Position numbers and translations under genes: made by a program. Under the pieces are notes generated by a model. That model ran no database searches. It was not told where the DNA came from and saw only the letters and a program-made list of their open reading frames with translations. A DNA stretch of 64,000 nt, taken from NCBI GenBank assembly GCA_033852415.1, contig JAWOMQ010000175.1, forward strand, positions 2,362 through 66,361, read 5' to 3'. Positions 1 through 9,463 of the stretch are shown here, piece after piece; the stretch's first letter is position 1; each line of letters begins with the position of its first letter. This stretch comes from Bacteroidota bacterium (GTDB lineage: Bacteria; Bacteroidota; Ignavibacteria; UBA10030; SZUA-254).

Positions 1-115
1 TTCTGGGATCTGTGTAAGGGTCCAGGAACGAGACGATGAATGTCAGTACTCCGAGGCCGAGGATTGCGGCCAAAAAACCAAGGGCGACCCTCGATGAAAC
101 CTTCGCTTCAAACAT
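1..115 (-). CDS. partial CDS: N-terminus of a membrane protein that continues beyond the window start
   Basis: Reverse-complement reading from ATG at 115..113 gives MFEAKVSSRVALGFLAAILGLGVLTFIVSFLDPYTDPR..., which includes a hydrophobic helix. There is no stop before the window edge, and the RBS is weak. Confidence 0.3.
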   Translation of the reverse strand, partial: MFEAKVSSRVALGFLAAILGLGVLTFIVSFLDPYTDPR

Positions 116-725
116 TTCTCTTGGAATAGCTTCGTAGGGGACCTTGAACTCATGCCGGGAAAGGAACAGACTGCGTTCCTCGTAAAGCAATCCGTCCTCC
201 AGAAGCGTAAAACGCTTTCTCTTCAATCCAAAGTGAGATTGTTCAAGCTCCAGACCCTCGGTACGGGTGACATGTCAGAAATAGTAGCAATTATGAGGGG
301 GAGTGTCAACGGCAGATTGACGGGCGTCAACAGGTCAGCTGTGCCCGGCGCCAGAGTAATCCTCATATGGCGACGTCTCATTCATTCCCAATGAAATTTT
401 GTTCATGGCTTATTGAGATTTCGGAAATTGTCTCAAAAAGTCTTCTGTAACAAGGACTTTTTATCGCAGAAAAGTAAAACGTACTTGTACACTGACCAAA
501 AAAGCCATCACTCACACTGTTTCACATATTCCCTTTGCGGTATTAAAATAAATTAACAGGGTTTCGCGAGCCTGAATATCTTCATACAGAACATCGGTTT
601 ACCTGCGGTCGATTCATCATTCCCACAAATATTAAAATTTTTTCTGTTGCAATCGGCATGGGCTTTGTGATACTTACGGGGAGATATTAGTCATGAAATG
701 ATAACTCATTGAAAGGAGATATACG

Positions 726-1274
726 ATGCGGCGAGCAATATTTGGATCTCTGATTATGCTGGTTACCGCTCTGGTGTGGTCTGTGCCGGCGGCGGCGCAG
801 GTGAGTGTAGGTTTCTCTGTGGATAACGGCCGGTTGGAGAGCTTCCATATGGCGGTCGGGAATTACTACCATGTCGCTCCACGCGAGGTCGTTGTTATCC
901 ATGACCGGGGCATTCCTGAGGAAGAAGTACCGGTGGTGTTCTTCATCGCGCATCGAACTCATTATTCTCCCGATGCAATTATCCAGATGAGGCTGCGTGG
1001 AGAAAGCTGGGAGGATATATCGTCACGATGTGGACTTGACCCGGACGAGTGCTACGGTCCGGTAGTCACCGGACCTCCTTACGGCAAGGCATGGGGCTAC
1101 TACCGGAATCATGGGGGAGGACACCCGAGACATGTTTATTCCGACGACGAAATTGTTACGTATGTTAACCGTCCCTTCAAATCCTATGCTCGGGGATACG
1201 ATCATGGTGGAGGCAAACCAGGCCGTGGAAACATGCACGGCCATGGCCGTCACGGTGATCGGGATGGTGATTGA
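726..1274 (+). CDS. secreted protein with a Gly/His-rich C-terminal tail
   Basis: An RBS (aaaggag) precedes the ATG. The N-terminus has a signal peptide (LVTALVWSVPAAAQ). The C-terminus reads HGGGHPRH...GYDHGGGKPGRGNMHGHGRHGDRDGD. A terminator hairpin follows. Confidence 0.6.
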   Translation: MRRAIFGSLIMLVTALVWSVPAAAQVSVGFSVDNGRLESFHMAVGNYYHVAPREVVVIHDRGIPEEEVPVVFFIAHRTHYSPDAIIQMRLRGESWEDISSRCGLDPDECYGPVVTGPPYGKAWGYYRNHGGGHPRHVYSDDEIVTYVNRPFKSYARGYDHGGGKPGRGNMHGHGRHGDRDGD

Positions 1275-1321
1275 GAAATTGTCCATTTCGATTCACACAA
1301 TGGCTCAGAACTTGTCTCATC

Positions 1322-1360
1322 AAATGCCCGGAGTTTGATTCCCCGGGCATTTGTCTTTCC
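1322..1360 (+). terminator. intrinsic terminator-like hairpin downstream of the 726..1274 gene
   Basis: Perfect 10-bp stem AAATGCCCGG / CCGGGCATTT with an 11-nt loop, followed by a U-rich tract (TTGTCTTTCC). Confidence 0.5.
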
Positions 1361-1632
1361 GGATTTATGAAGTTAACTCTTTGCTTTATTATCAGTTGTT
1401 GACAGAAAATCTTTAATTCGGTATGTTCCAGAAATGTGGTCGGTTGCGACCCGGACCTTATGATAGATCCATCTCGTAAGGTACCGGCCGGTGCGGAGTA
1501 TGCTGGTGGATTGAGGTAGCAGAGAGGAAGAGCGGCCAAGTCCAGCCCATCGGCAACGCGATCCATTTCTCCTTCAGGGGTTTCGTGGTCCATAATTAAC
1601 TGCAGTCGCAAACCAACATAAAGGAGCAAGCC

Positions 1633-2211
1633 ATGAGAATATTATCGCAGGATTGTGGGAGATACCTTGTCATAATGGTTCTGTTGACCATGATGGTTCA
1701 GGTTGCATCGGGACAGGAGCAAAAGAGCTTTGCCACGGAAGGAACGGGCGAGATCGGCGGGAATATTTCATTTCAGAGTCTCACGCCGGTTGCCAATGGT
1801 GTGAGCGGGGACGCGACGACGATTTTTGCCTTTTCTCCGTTTGTTGGATATTTTCCAGCGGACGGCTTTGAGATTGGGCTCGATCCACTCGGTATTACGT
1901 CTATTAGCTCGGGCGGGCATTCCACCACCGAGGTCATGTTCTTTGTTGCGCCGGCATACAATTTTAAAACGCAAAGCAATGTCTATCCATTTATCGAACT
2001 CCTCCTCGGCTATACCTCTCAATCGAATTCATCCACCGAGAGCGGTTTCAGCTGGGGTGGACGAGGGGGAGTAAAAGTTGACGTGGTCAGTCATGCCCTG
2101 CTGAATCTGGGAGTCGAGTATCTCAATATCAATTTGAATCCGAGCGGGGCGGTCAACAGGTACGGGATCGATGAATTCGCGCTCTCTGCCGGATTTACAG
2201 TTTGGCTCTGA
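1633..2211 (+). CDS. small outer-membrane beta-barrel protein (OmpA/OmpW-like fold)
   Basis: Strong RBS (aaaggag) and signal peptide. Amphipathic beta-strands alternate along the sequence and it is Gly/aromatic-rich. The C-terminus ends ...AGFTVWL. Confidence 0.5.
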   Translation: MRILSQDCGRYLVIMVLLTMMVQVASGQEQKSFATEGTGEIGGNISFQSLTPVANGVSGDATTIFAFSPFVGYFPADGFEIGLDPLGITSISSGGHSTTEVMFFVAPAYNFKTQSNVYPFIELLLGYTSQSNSSTESGFSWGGRGGVKVDVVSHALLNLGVEYLNINLNPSGAVNRYGIDEFALSAGFTVWL

Positions 2212-2339
2212 ATTCTCGGCATTCCTCTCCAGGGAGATCAACTATCCAATCGGCGATGGGATCCTGGGGTTTTCGGCATCCGGCTTCCCGTTGCTGATTG
2301 GCGAGATTGAATGTAAATCACGATATTAGACAATCCGTT

Positions 2340-3296
2340 ATGAAGCCATTTTTAATCGCCGCTGCGCAAGTGTGCCCGGTCTATCTTGACCGCGCGGCCA
2401 CCGTCAAAAAAGCATGCGATCAGATAGCAAAGGCTGCAAAAGCCGGTGCGCGCCTGGTGGTTTTTCCCGAAGCGTTTATCCCCGCGTACCCCGATTGGTC
2501 GTGGGTTATTCCGCCAAGGGAGAACAAACTGATTACGATGTTGTACGCGGAGCTCGTCTCGGAGTCAATGACGGTTCCATCCGACGAAACGGCGCAATTA
2601 TGCCGTGCAGCGAAACGCAGCAGGATCAATGTTGTCGTCGGAATCAATGAACGTGCTGCCGGGGGAAGTGGTACGACTCTGTACAATACGCTTCTCTACA
2701 TTGACGACAAAGGATCAATTCTCGGCAAGCACCGGAAACTTGTGCCGACCGCTCCCGAACGGATGGTGTGGGCCGGCGGAGATGGAAGCACGCTCGATGT
2801 CTACGAAACATCCGTGGGAAAGCTCGGCGGGCTGATCTGCTGGGAGAATTATATGCCGCTTGCCCGGTACGCGATGTACGCGTGGGGCGCGCAGATTTAC
2901 CTTGCCCCGACGTGGGATAACGGCGAGCCGTGGTTGTCCACCCTCCGCCACATTGCGAAGGAAGGGCGCATGTATGTGATCGGATGTTCCATCGCGATGA
3001 AGATGAGCGATATCCCGGATTCGTATGCGCACAAGAAATATTATCCTGCATCGACCGAATGGATCAACCCCGGCAATAGCGCTATCGTCAATCCCGATGG
3101 AAAGTTTCTGGCAGGCCCGCTGTCTAAGAAAGAAGACCTCCTGTTCGCCGAAATTGATCCGGCGCTTATGACAGGACCGCGCTGGAAACTGGATGTCGCA
3201 GGCCACTATGGAAGGCCCGACGTTTTTCAGCTGATCGTTAATAAGGAACCCTTACGGTTCATTCAGGAAGGTTCTGCGAAGAAGGCGCACGATTGA
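2340..3296 (+). CDS. carbon-nitrogen hydrolase, nitrilase/cyanide hydratase family
   Basis: Start taken at MKPFLIAAAQ. The CN-hydrolase triad context is present: VVFPEAF (Glu), GKHRKLVP (Lys) and LICWENYMP (Cys). Confidence 0.8.
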   Translation: MKPFLIAAAQVCPVYLDRAATVKKACDQIAKAAKAGARLVVFPEAFIPAYPDWSWVIPPRENKLITMLYAELVSESMTVPSDETAQLCRAAKRSRINVVVGINERAAGGSGTTLYNTLLYIDDKGSILGKHRKLVPTAPERMVWAGGDGSTLDVYETSVGKLGGLICWENYMPLARYAMYAWGAQIYLAPTWDNGEPWLSTLRHIAKEGRMYVIGCSIAMKMSDIPDSYAHKKYYPASTEWINPGNSAIVNPDGKFLAGPLSKKEDLLFAEIDPALMTGPRWKLDVAGHYGRPDVFQLIVNKEPLRFIQEGSAKKAHD

Positions 3297-3373
3297 CATC
3301 TTCTCATAGCGTAGTTATTAGGCAATCGGCTATTACACCTATGATTCTTCATTTCAACGGGGAGTGAATCAAA

Positions 3374-3850
3374 ATGAAAACAATAAGTTTCATCCTGGTC
3401 ATGATAGCGATGTTCTCCTGCAGCCGGGTGAGTGTCTCAGCCCAATGCATAAGTGACGCGGACAGCTTCAAAACCGCCATCGGGCTGTTTCCTCCTTCGA
3501 TGACGTACAATGAAGCCATGACCTCGGATTATCTGACCATGATGGACGATGAAACGACGTTCGACGGCGCCGTCGGGAATGTCAATATCACCTTCACATT
3601 CGACAGAAAGAACCATGGCTTCGAAAAAAGCATCTTCGTCTTAAATGATAGAAAAATTGCAAAATCGTTATTGCATCTTCTTGCAAAACAATACGGAAAG
3701 AAGATCAGCAAAAATGAACTCACCGGATATACAAAGTACGAATGGGAAGATGCCGCCTACGATATTTTCCTGACGGAAAAGAACGAGGAACGGAACTCCG
3801 CGGGGGGAAAGATCGATGCCTATACCGAACTGATTATCGGGAAACATTGA
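3374..3850 (+). CDS. hypothetical lipoprotein
   Basis: RBS ggggag. Signal peptide with lipobox (MIAMFSCS). No recognisable domain. Confidence 0.55.
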   Translation: MKTISFILVMIAMFSCSRVSVSAQCISDADSFKTAIGLFPPSMTYNEAMTSDYLTMMDDETTFDGAVGNVNITFTFDRKNHGFEKSIFVLNDRKIAKSLLHLLAKQYGKKISKNELTGYTKYEWEDAAYDIFLTEKNEERNSAGGKIDAYTELIIGKH

Positions 3851-3949
3851 ACATGCCGACGACAAATCCCTGGAACCGGGATCCTTCGGACTGAGGCTGT
3901 CGGATTATTAGACCTGGAGACACAGAAAATTCTTTTTAAATGTAATGAT

Positions 3950-4318
3950 ATGAAAACAAAACAGGACATAAAGCGGGAATACAGGGAACGGAAGAAACCT
4001 GCAGGTGTGTTCCAGATTAAGAACACCGCCAACGGGAAAATCTATCTCGGGAGCAGTCTCAATCTCGAGGGGCCGTTGAACTCGCATAAATTCATGCTGA
4101 CAATTGGCAGCCACCGGAACGAAACGCTGCAAAAAGAATGGAACGAGTACGGAGCTGATAAGTTCGTTTTCGAAATTCTGGAAGTTGTAAAAGTCAAGGA
4201 TGATCCAAATTTCAACTTGGATGACGAACTGACACTTCTTGAACAAATCTGGCTCGAGAAGCTGCAACCTTTCGGGGAACGGGGTTATAATCCCGATTCA
4301 CATATCCGTCAGGCCTGA
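3950..4318 (+). CDS. free-standing GIY-YIG nuclease catalytic domain (I-TevI-like)
   Basis: GVFQIKNTANGKIYLGSS ... LEQIWLEKLQPFGERGYN resembles the I-TevI catalytic domain (GIYQIKNTLNNKVYVGSA ... ERENFWIKELNSKINGYN). The protein is only 122 aa and has no DNA-binding domain. Confidence 0.7.
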   Translation: MKTKQDIKREYRERKKPAGVFQIKNTANGKIYLGSSLNLEGPLNSHKFMLTIGSHRNETLQKEWNEYGADKFVFEILEVVKVKDDPNFNLDDELTLLEQIWLEKLQPFGERGYNPDSHIRQA

Positions 4319-4437
4319 GAGCTTTCAGTTCTAACCTGCAACATTTTCTCCCCTTCATTCGTCTAAGATGAAGTCTGAATCTGTTTGTTTCTGACTTTCC
4401 GAACAAAAATCCAGTAAACAGTGTAAGGTTCTCTTCA

Positions 4438-6243
4438 ATGAAGCATTCGATACCAATACCTGCGCTGCTTCTGTGCATCCTTTTGTGGTTGCCGATTTGC
4501 CAGGGCAGAAGCTTCGGCCAGTCGCCCACAATCCTTTACAAACTGGCAATGCCGAAACCCTCGACACATCTCTTCGATGTCGAGATCCGGTTCGAATTGT
4601 TACCGGCGGAGGAATCTCTCGATGTTATCCTTCCCGTCTGGCGGCCGGGGCGGTACGCAATCCTTGATTTTGCGAGTGGCATTCAGAACTTTTCGGCGGT
4701 CGACGGACATGGCAGACCGCTTGCGTGGCGGAAGAACGACAAGTCAACGTGGGAAATTCAATGCCAAGGCACATCCACTGTCGACGTCACGTATAAGGTT
4801 TATGCCGATGAGTTCACGATGCGGACAAGAGGGTTGAATTCAGAACATGGATTCGTCGATGAAACATCGGTGTTTATGTATGTCGAGAAATACAGGAACC
4901 TTCCGGTGACCCTTGAAGTAGAACCATTCCACGGGTGGCACGTTACAACCGGTCTTGAAGGTACACACAACAAATTCACCGCTCCATCATACGATTACTT
5001 CATTGATTGCCCGCTCGAGATAGGGACGCAGAAAGATTTCTCATTCACAGTTGATGACGTGCCGCACATTCTCAGTATTGAGGGTGAAGGAAATTGGAAC
5101 GCCGACACATTGGTGAGAGACATCGGCAAAATTGTCGCCTTCGTCAAAAACTTTTGGGGAGAATTTCCCTACAAGCGATACGTTTTTCTTGTGGAATGCA
5201 TGTCGAATCCAACCGGCGCCACGGAACATCTTAATTCCACAATCGTTCAGACCGGGTCATTCATTTTTCGCAACCCGGAATCCTATCATTCCTTTCTTCG
5301 CAATGTGACGCATGAATACTTTCATACATGGAACGTAAAACAGCTCCGCCCGCATGCTATCGACCCCTATGACTTTACGAAGGAGAATTACTCGAAGGAA
5401 TACTGGATAGCCGAGGGGACGACGTCGTACTATGACGGGCTCCTCATGGAGAGATTGGGATTCATCAAACCGGATGAATTTCTGTCGGCGCTCGCCGACG
5501 TGATCAGGGATGATCGCCAGCGACCGGGGAATCGTGTGCAGTCGGTGAGCGAGGCCAGCTTTGATGTCTGGGTGAAAGACAGCCGCGGCACAGAACAGCG
5601 ACTCAACGCGGAGTCGAATTTCTATGCAAAAGGCGCGACTGTGAGTATGGCGCTCGATTTTCAACTCAGAAAGCTGACATTGAACAAATATTCGCTTGAC
5701 GACCTCATGCGGACAATGTTAAAGCGATATCCTCTGTCACGGGGCGGGTACACCCTTGGTGATGTTCAGCAGGTGGCTGAAGAACTATCGGGCACAAAAT
5801 TTGGCACCTTTTTTGATGATTATATTTATGGCACGAGGCCATTGCCATGGGAGGAAATGCTTTCATGGGCCGGCCTCGAACTCTCTTCAAAAGACAGCAC
5901 CAAGAAACCGTGGGTTGGAATGGGATTATCTGGTATGGGTGAAAGGACGATGATCTGGAATGTCGTTGCCGGTTCACCTGCAGAGAGCGCCGGAGTGGAA
6001 GTTGGTGACGAGCTGCTTGCTCTGAATCACTATCGTGTCAGATCGTCCGACTTCATGAGCCGCTTAAGTGAAATGAAAGCCGGAGATGTGTTTACGATAA
6101 CGGTCTTCCGTGACGATAAACTCCGCGACATCAATATCACGGCAGGAGTTACCCCCGTTCCGGTGTACACGGTAGGAAAAGCAAAAAGCGCCACGCCTGA
6201 ACAAAGGGCCATCTATGAAAGCTGGTTGGGGACAAAATGGTGA
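4438..6243 (+). CDS. M61 family glycyl aminopeptidase with C-terminal PDZ domain, secreted
   Basis: Signal peptide. HExxH motif within THEYFHTWNV. C-terminal PDZ-like segment GMGLSGMGERTMIWNVVAGSPAESAGVEVGDELLALN. The ~600-aa length is typical of M61. Confidence 0.75.
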   Translation: MKHSIPIPALLLCILLWLPICQGRSFGQSPTILYKLAMPKPSTHLFDVEIRFELLPAEESLDVILPVWRPGRYAILDFASGIQNFSAVDGHGRPLAWRKNDKSTWEIQCQGTSTVDVTYKVYADEFTMRTRGLNSEHGFVDETSVFMYVEKYRNLPVTLEVEPFHGWHVTTGLEGTHNKFTAPSYDYFIDCPLEIGTQKDFSFTVDDVPHILSIEGEGNWNADTLVRDIGKIVAFVKNFWGEFPYKRYVFLVECMSNPTGATEHLNSTIVQTGSFIFRNPESYHSFLRNVTHEYFHTWNVKQLRPHAIDPYDFTKENYSKEYWIAEGTTSYYDGLLMERLGFIKPDEFLSALADVIRDDRQRPGNRVQSVSEASFDVWVKDSRGTEQRLNAESNFYAKGATVSMALDFQLRKLTLNKYSLDDLMRTMLKRYPLSRGGYTLGDVQQVAEELSGTKFGTFFDDYIYGTRPLPWEEMLSWAGLELSSKDSTKKPWVGMGLSGMGERTMIWNVVAGSPAESAGVEVGDELLALNHYRVRSSDFMSRLSEMKAGDVFTITVFRDDKLRDINITAGVTPVPVYTVGKAKSATPEQRAIYESWLGTKW

Positions 6244-6403
6244 AGTTCTTATTGCGGTTTCTTTTGCTCTTTCGCCCGACCTCCCCTGCGTGAAGAAAAA
6301 ATCTTTGACAAGTAGAACAACTTTCCTATCCTAAGAGTGTGCTAACTCCGCTATTCAAATCTCCAGCCCGTATGCTCGGGACTTGAAATCCTGCAATCCA
6401 ATG

Positions 6404-6444
6404 CTGAGGGGAAAACCCTTCACCCCTTCAGTTTCTCCTCTCTG
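6404..6444 (+). terminator. orphan terminator-like hairpin in a gene-free 500-nt spacer
   Basis: Stem CTGAGGGG / CCCCTTCAG (one bulge) with an 11-nt loop, followed by TTTCTCCTCTCTG. It lies 160 nt downstream of the M61 gene and no ORF ends here. Confidence 0.3.
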
Positions 6445-6739
6445 AACGCTGATCTCCAACATCCTATATGGTCAAAATGAGCCCTGTTTGGGTATTCTTT
6501 TGAAATTAAACGGGAAAATTGATACAGAACACACACAAAATGTGACGAAACGCAAAGCATTGTTGGAGAACACCGTCTGTGAGAGTAAATTGTTTCCAGT
6601 AATGCTCGGGAAGGGAATATTTCCCCCCAGGCGGGATGATTGGGTCTTCTTAGATGCGAGAGCCAAAACGCGGGTAGACTGGAAGCGGACACGATCGTTG
6701 GATGGGCAGATTCAAAATGGAAAATATTGAGAAGACGTA

Positions 6740-7282
6740 ATGGGGACAAATACAATACTGGCTATCGGTGCGCTAATCATCTTTGGTACATTTCTCAGTT
6801 CTTCAGATCGGCTGATGACGGCGAACACTCAGATCGCGGAACAAAACGAATATGTCCTCTGCGCCATTTCCCTTGGACAATCTGTCATTGAGGAGGCAAA
6901 GACAAAAGCATTTGATCAATACTCAATCGGCAAGCCGCTGCCAAGTCCGGATTCCGCCAGCACCGTCCTCGGGAGGGACGGGCTTGCGGAGTTTATTCCT
7001 ATGCCGGATACGCTGACAAGCGCATCTCCCTATAGTTCTACTTACAGAGGTTATCTCTCGGCTGTAAAATTCAATGACGTGGACGATTACAATGGTTACT
7101 CGCGGCTGGTCAACACACCCAGGGCGGAGAAGTACACCGTTTCAGTGAAGGTCTCGTATCGAGATCCAAGCAATCCGGACAACACGACAGGATCGAAGAC
7201 GTTTTGCAAACTTATGACAGTGTCTATCAAAAGTCCGTTCATTTCAGATTCGCTCACGCTATCGTACGCCTTTTTCTATTAG
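6740..7282 (+). CDS. pseudopilin-like protein (PilV/minor-pilin-like; N-terminal TM helix)
   Basis: N-terminal hydrophobic helix ILAIGALIIFGTFL followed by a soluble domain. It is the first gene of a three-gene co-directional cluster with PilW- and PilX-like genes. No G/FTLIE prepilin motif. Confidence 0.4.
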   Translation: MGTNTILAIGALIIFGTFLSSSDRLMTANTQIAEQNEYVLCAISLGQSVIEEAKTKAFDQYSIGKPLPSPDSASTVLGRDGLAEFIPMPDTLTSASPYSSTYRGYLSAVKFNDVDDYNGYSRLVNTPRAEKYTVSVKVSYRDPSNPDNTTGSKTFCKLMTVSIKSPFISDSLTLSYAFFY

Positions 7283-7290
7283 AATAATCA

Positions 7291-7884
7291 ATGGCGACTC
7301 TATACGACATCGTTATTTCTATAGTCATTGGCGGAATCCTCCTGTCGATGCTGATCGGCTTCAATGGTAACATCACGCAAGAGGCATTGGCTCAGACGAT
7401 TAAGATGATGGCTCAGTCGAACAGTACGACTGTGACACAAATTATCGATTGGGACTTTAGAAAGATCGGATATTCACTTTCCTTGTCCGACAGCAGCATC
7501 ATCACGGCGGATACGGCGAAGATCAAGTTCAAAGGCGCTTTCAATGGAACCGGAGCAACCGGTGTGATAGACACAATAACTTACTTCCTGGATCCGGCAG
7601 CGTCCGGCAACGCGAACAAGAACACACATATTCTCTATCGGACCCTTAATTTACAAAAGCGGATCAGTATGAATATGGGAATAACGCGGCTGCAGTTGGT
7701 GTACTTTGACGCCAATGATCAGCCGCTCTCATGCCCGGTTACCCGGCCCTCACAGATCAGAAGTCTGAAAATCGGGATAACCGTGGAGAGTACTGTTCCA
7801 TATAATATCACAACCGATTCCTATGTGAAGCTCAATCCGGGAGTTTACTGGGAACGCACGTTTAAGCCGAGGAATCTGAGGTAA
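7291..7884 (+). CDS. PilW/GspJ-like pseudopilin-fold protein
   Basis: N-terminal TM helix IVISIVIGGILLSMLIGF. The C-terminal pattern ITRLQLVYFDANDQPL...QIRSLKIGITVES is typical of PilW/GspJ-type minor pilins. No canonical prepilin cleavage motif. Confidence 0.45.
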   Translation: MATLYDIVISIVIGGILLSMLIGFNGNITQEALAQTIKMMAQSNSTTVTQIIDWDFRKIGYSLSLSDSSIITADTAKIKFKGAFNGTGATGVIDTITYFLDPAASGNANKNTHILYRTLNLQKRISMNMGITRLQLVYFDANDQPLSCPVTRPSQIRSLKIGITVESTVPYNITTDSYVKLNPGVYWERTFKPRNLR

Positions 7885-7887
7885 TCC

Positions 7888-9015
7888 ATGACGGGGAGAA
7901 CAATCATAATCATTGTTGTAGGAATCATTCTCACTGCGGCTATTATTCTTTTCAGGATTGAGGCGGCCAGCACAAACATCGTTAAAAATGTCGACGATTA
8001 TTATTATCACCAGACCGCACGAAATATTGCTCAATCAGGGGTCGGCATGGGTCTCAGAAAGCTCGCCGACAGCTCGAGCTGGCGCGCGGGGATTCCGCTC
8101 ATGAATCTCCTGACCGGAAAGGTCATTGTCACACTCGCCGACACGACGTTTAACGGTTGTCCTGTTGTCAGGGTTTGCGCCGTTGGGATTACCGGGTATG
8201 GGACAAACACTGAAATGCGTGATACGAGCACAGCATTCACAGCCAAGGGGCCCGGTCCATATCTACCCAAGGCTGCGGCAATTACGAACGGCGCGACGCG
8301 GGACGGGGGAGGGCTACTTATCGACGGAGAAGACCACGATACTACCGGAACAAAACTCGTTGCGCAGAATGGAATCCTTGGAGTCTTTACGACCAGCACA
8401 TTTCAGATCACCAGCAATAATTCAACGGTGGGCGGGACCAATTCGATTCCGAAAGATATTGCACCGAAGAAGAACAACTATGACACAAGCATCATTCATC
8501 AAAATCAGACATACACAGGGGGATTCCCAAAAACTCCCGAACAGGTTCTGGGTGGAGTAACCAATGGCTATACCGACGGAATGCTGAAAATCTTTGCGCA
8601 AAGTGGTCAGGCAGGTAGTCAATATGTGACCGATCCCGTAATGCTGAAAGCGAATGCGGGGATTGTCCAGTGCAGCGGAGTGACATACCTCGAGCTGGCT
8701 CCCGGCATAACATGGAGTCCGAAGTTGAGCGGCAGCGGGATCGTGGTTGTTCATAATTCAAGTTTGAACGCGACTTTGAAACAACCGGGCGGCATGTTCA
8801 AAGGTCTCATTATCACCGATGATCTGACAAACCTGGGCGGGTTGGATCTCATCGGTTCGATTATTCAATTAACCTCTACACCGACGTCGGATATTTTTGG
8901 AACCAGCAACGGCTCAATCATCTTTTCACGTCAGGCGATCGTCAATGCGCTGGCGCCCATCAGGCTCAGCGGGTCGAATGGCAGTGCTGCGAATGTCATC
9001 GGTTGGTGGGAATAA
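7888..9015 (+). CDS. PilX-like protein (PilX N-terminal domain), Gly/Thr/Ser-rich
   Basis: TM helix IIIIVVGIILTAAIILF followed by HQTARNIAQSGVGMGLRKL, which matches the PilX_N consensus (..A.N.AeAG...). 4-nt spacing to the upstream gene. Confidence 0.5.
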   Translation: MTGRTIIIIVVGIILTAAIILFRIEAASTNIVKNVDDYYYHQTARNIAQSGVGMGLRKLADSSSWRAGIPLMNLLTGKVIVTLADTTFNGCPVVRVCAVGITGYGTNTEMRDTSTAFTAKGPGPYLPKAAAITNGATRDGGGLLIDGEDHDTTGTKLVAQNGILGVFTTSTFQITSNNSTVGGTNSIPKDIAPKKNNYDTSIIHQNQTYTGGFPKTPEQVLGGVTNGYTDGMLKIFAQSGQAGSQYVTDPVMLKANAGIVQCSGVTYLELAPGITWSPKLSGSGIVVVHNSSLNATLKQPGGMFKGLIITDDLTNLGGLDLIGSIIQLTSTPTSDIFGTSNGSIIFSRQAIVNALAPIRLSGSNGSAANVIGWWE

Positions 9016-9463
9016 GTTGTTCGTTCCACACTGGGTCGAGGCCCTGAATCGATTTACCTGATTTATTTCCTTCCAGATCAACTTGTCGTGGTTTAGTTCC
9101 CGGAATGAGGAATTAAATTTTCTTAATCAGGAGGACTTGAAGATTTTTCTCTTGTTTCCTTGATGAGTTCTCTCCATATTGAACTAATAATTTTGTTATG
9201 GGATCGTCAATCGGATGCGGGATGCTCTGATGTGACCAGTGGTTTCCTTAGGATCTTGCTCTCAATCCAACACTCGTCCTGAATTCACGGGCAATCTTTC
9301 TCCGGCCCCGGGAATCAATCGCAGGGTCTTGTTCTTCTAACCATAAAGTGATTTTCCGGCAGTTTTCCCGAATCCGGCGGAGTCGATCCGTTTTGCTGTT
9401 CTTCCACAGGCATTCATTAAACAACATCAATTATCATATCTCATAATTATCATGGAGGGATCT

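Noticed and set aside
1322-1352. Hairpin with a GTTTGATTCC loop that superficially resembles a tRNA T-arm.
   Set aside because: No acceptor, D or anticodon arms can be built around it. It sits immediately after a stop codon and precedes a U-rich tract, so it is called a terminator.
3950-4318. Considered calling the GIY-YIG gene a mobile element or homing endonuclease insertion.
   Set aside because: There is no intron, intein, flanking repeats or a disrupted host gene, and the DNA-binding domain is absent. It is reported as a CDS and as a finding, not as a mobile element.
4212-4567. Minus-strand ORFs 4212..4529 and 4355..4567 in the GIY-YIG/M61 intergenic region. Similar short antisense ORFs exist elsewhere, for example 9248..9430 and 56733..56990.
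   Set aside because: No RBS. Arg/Cys-rich composition. They overlap better-supported genes or span promoter regions, so they are likely non-coding.
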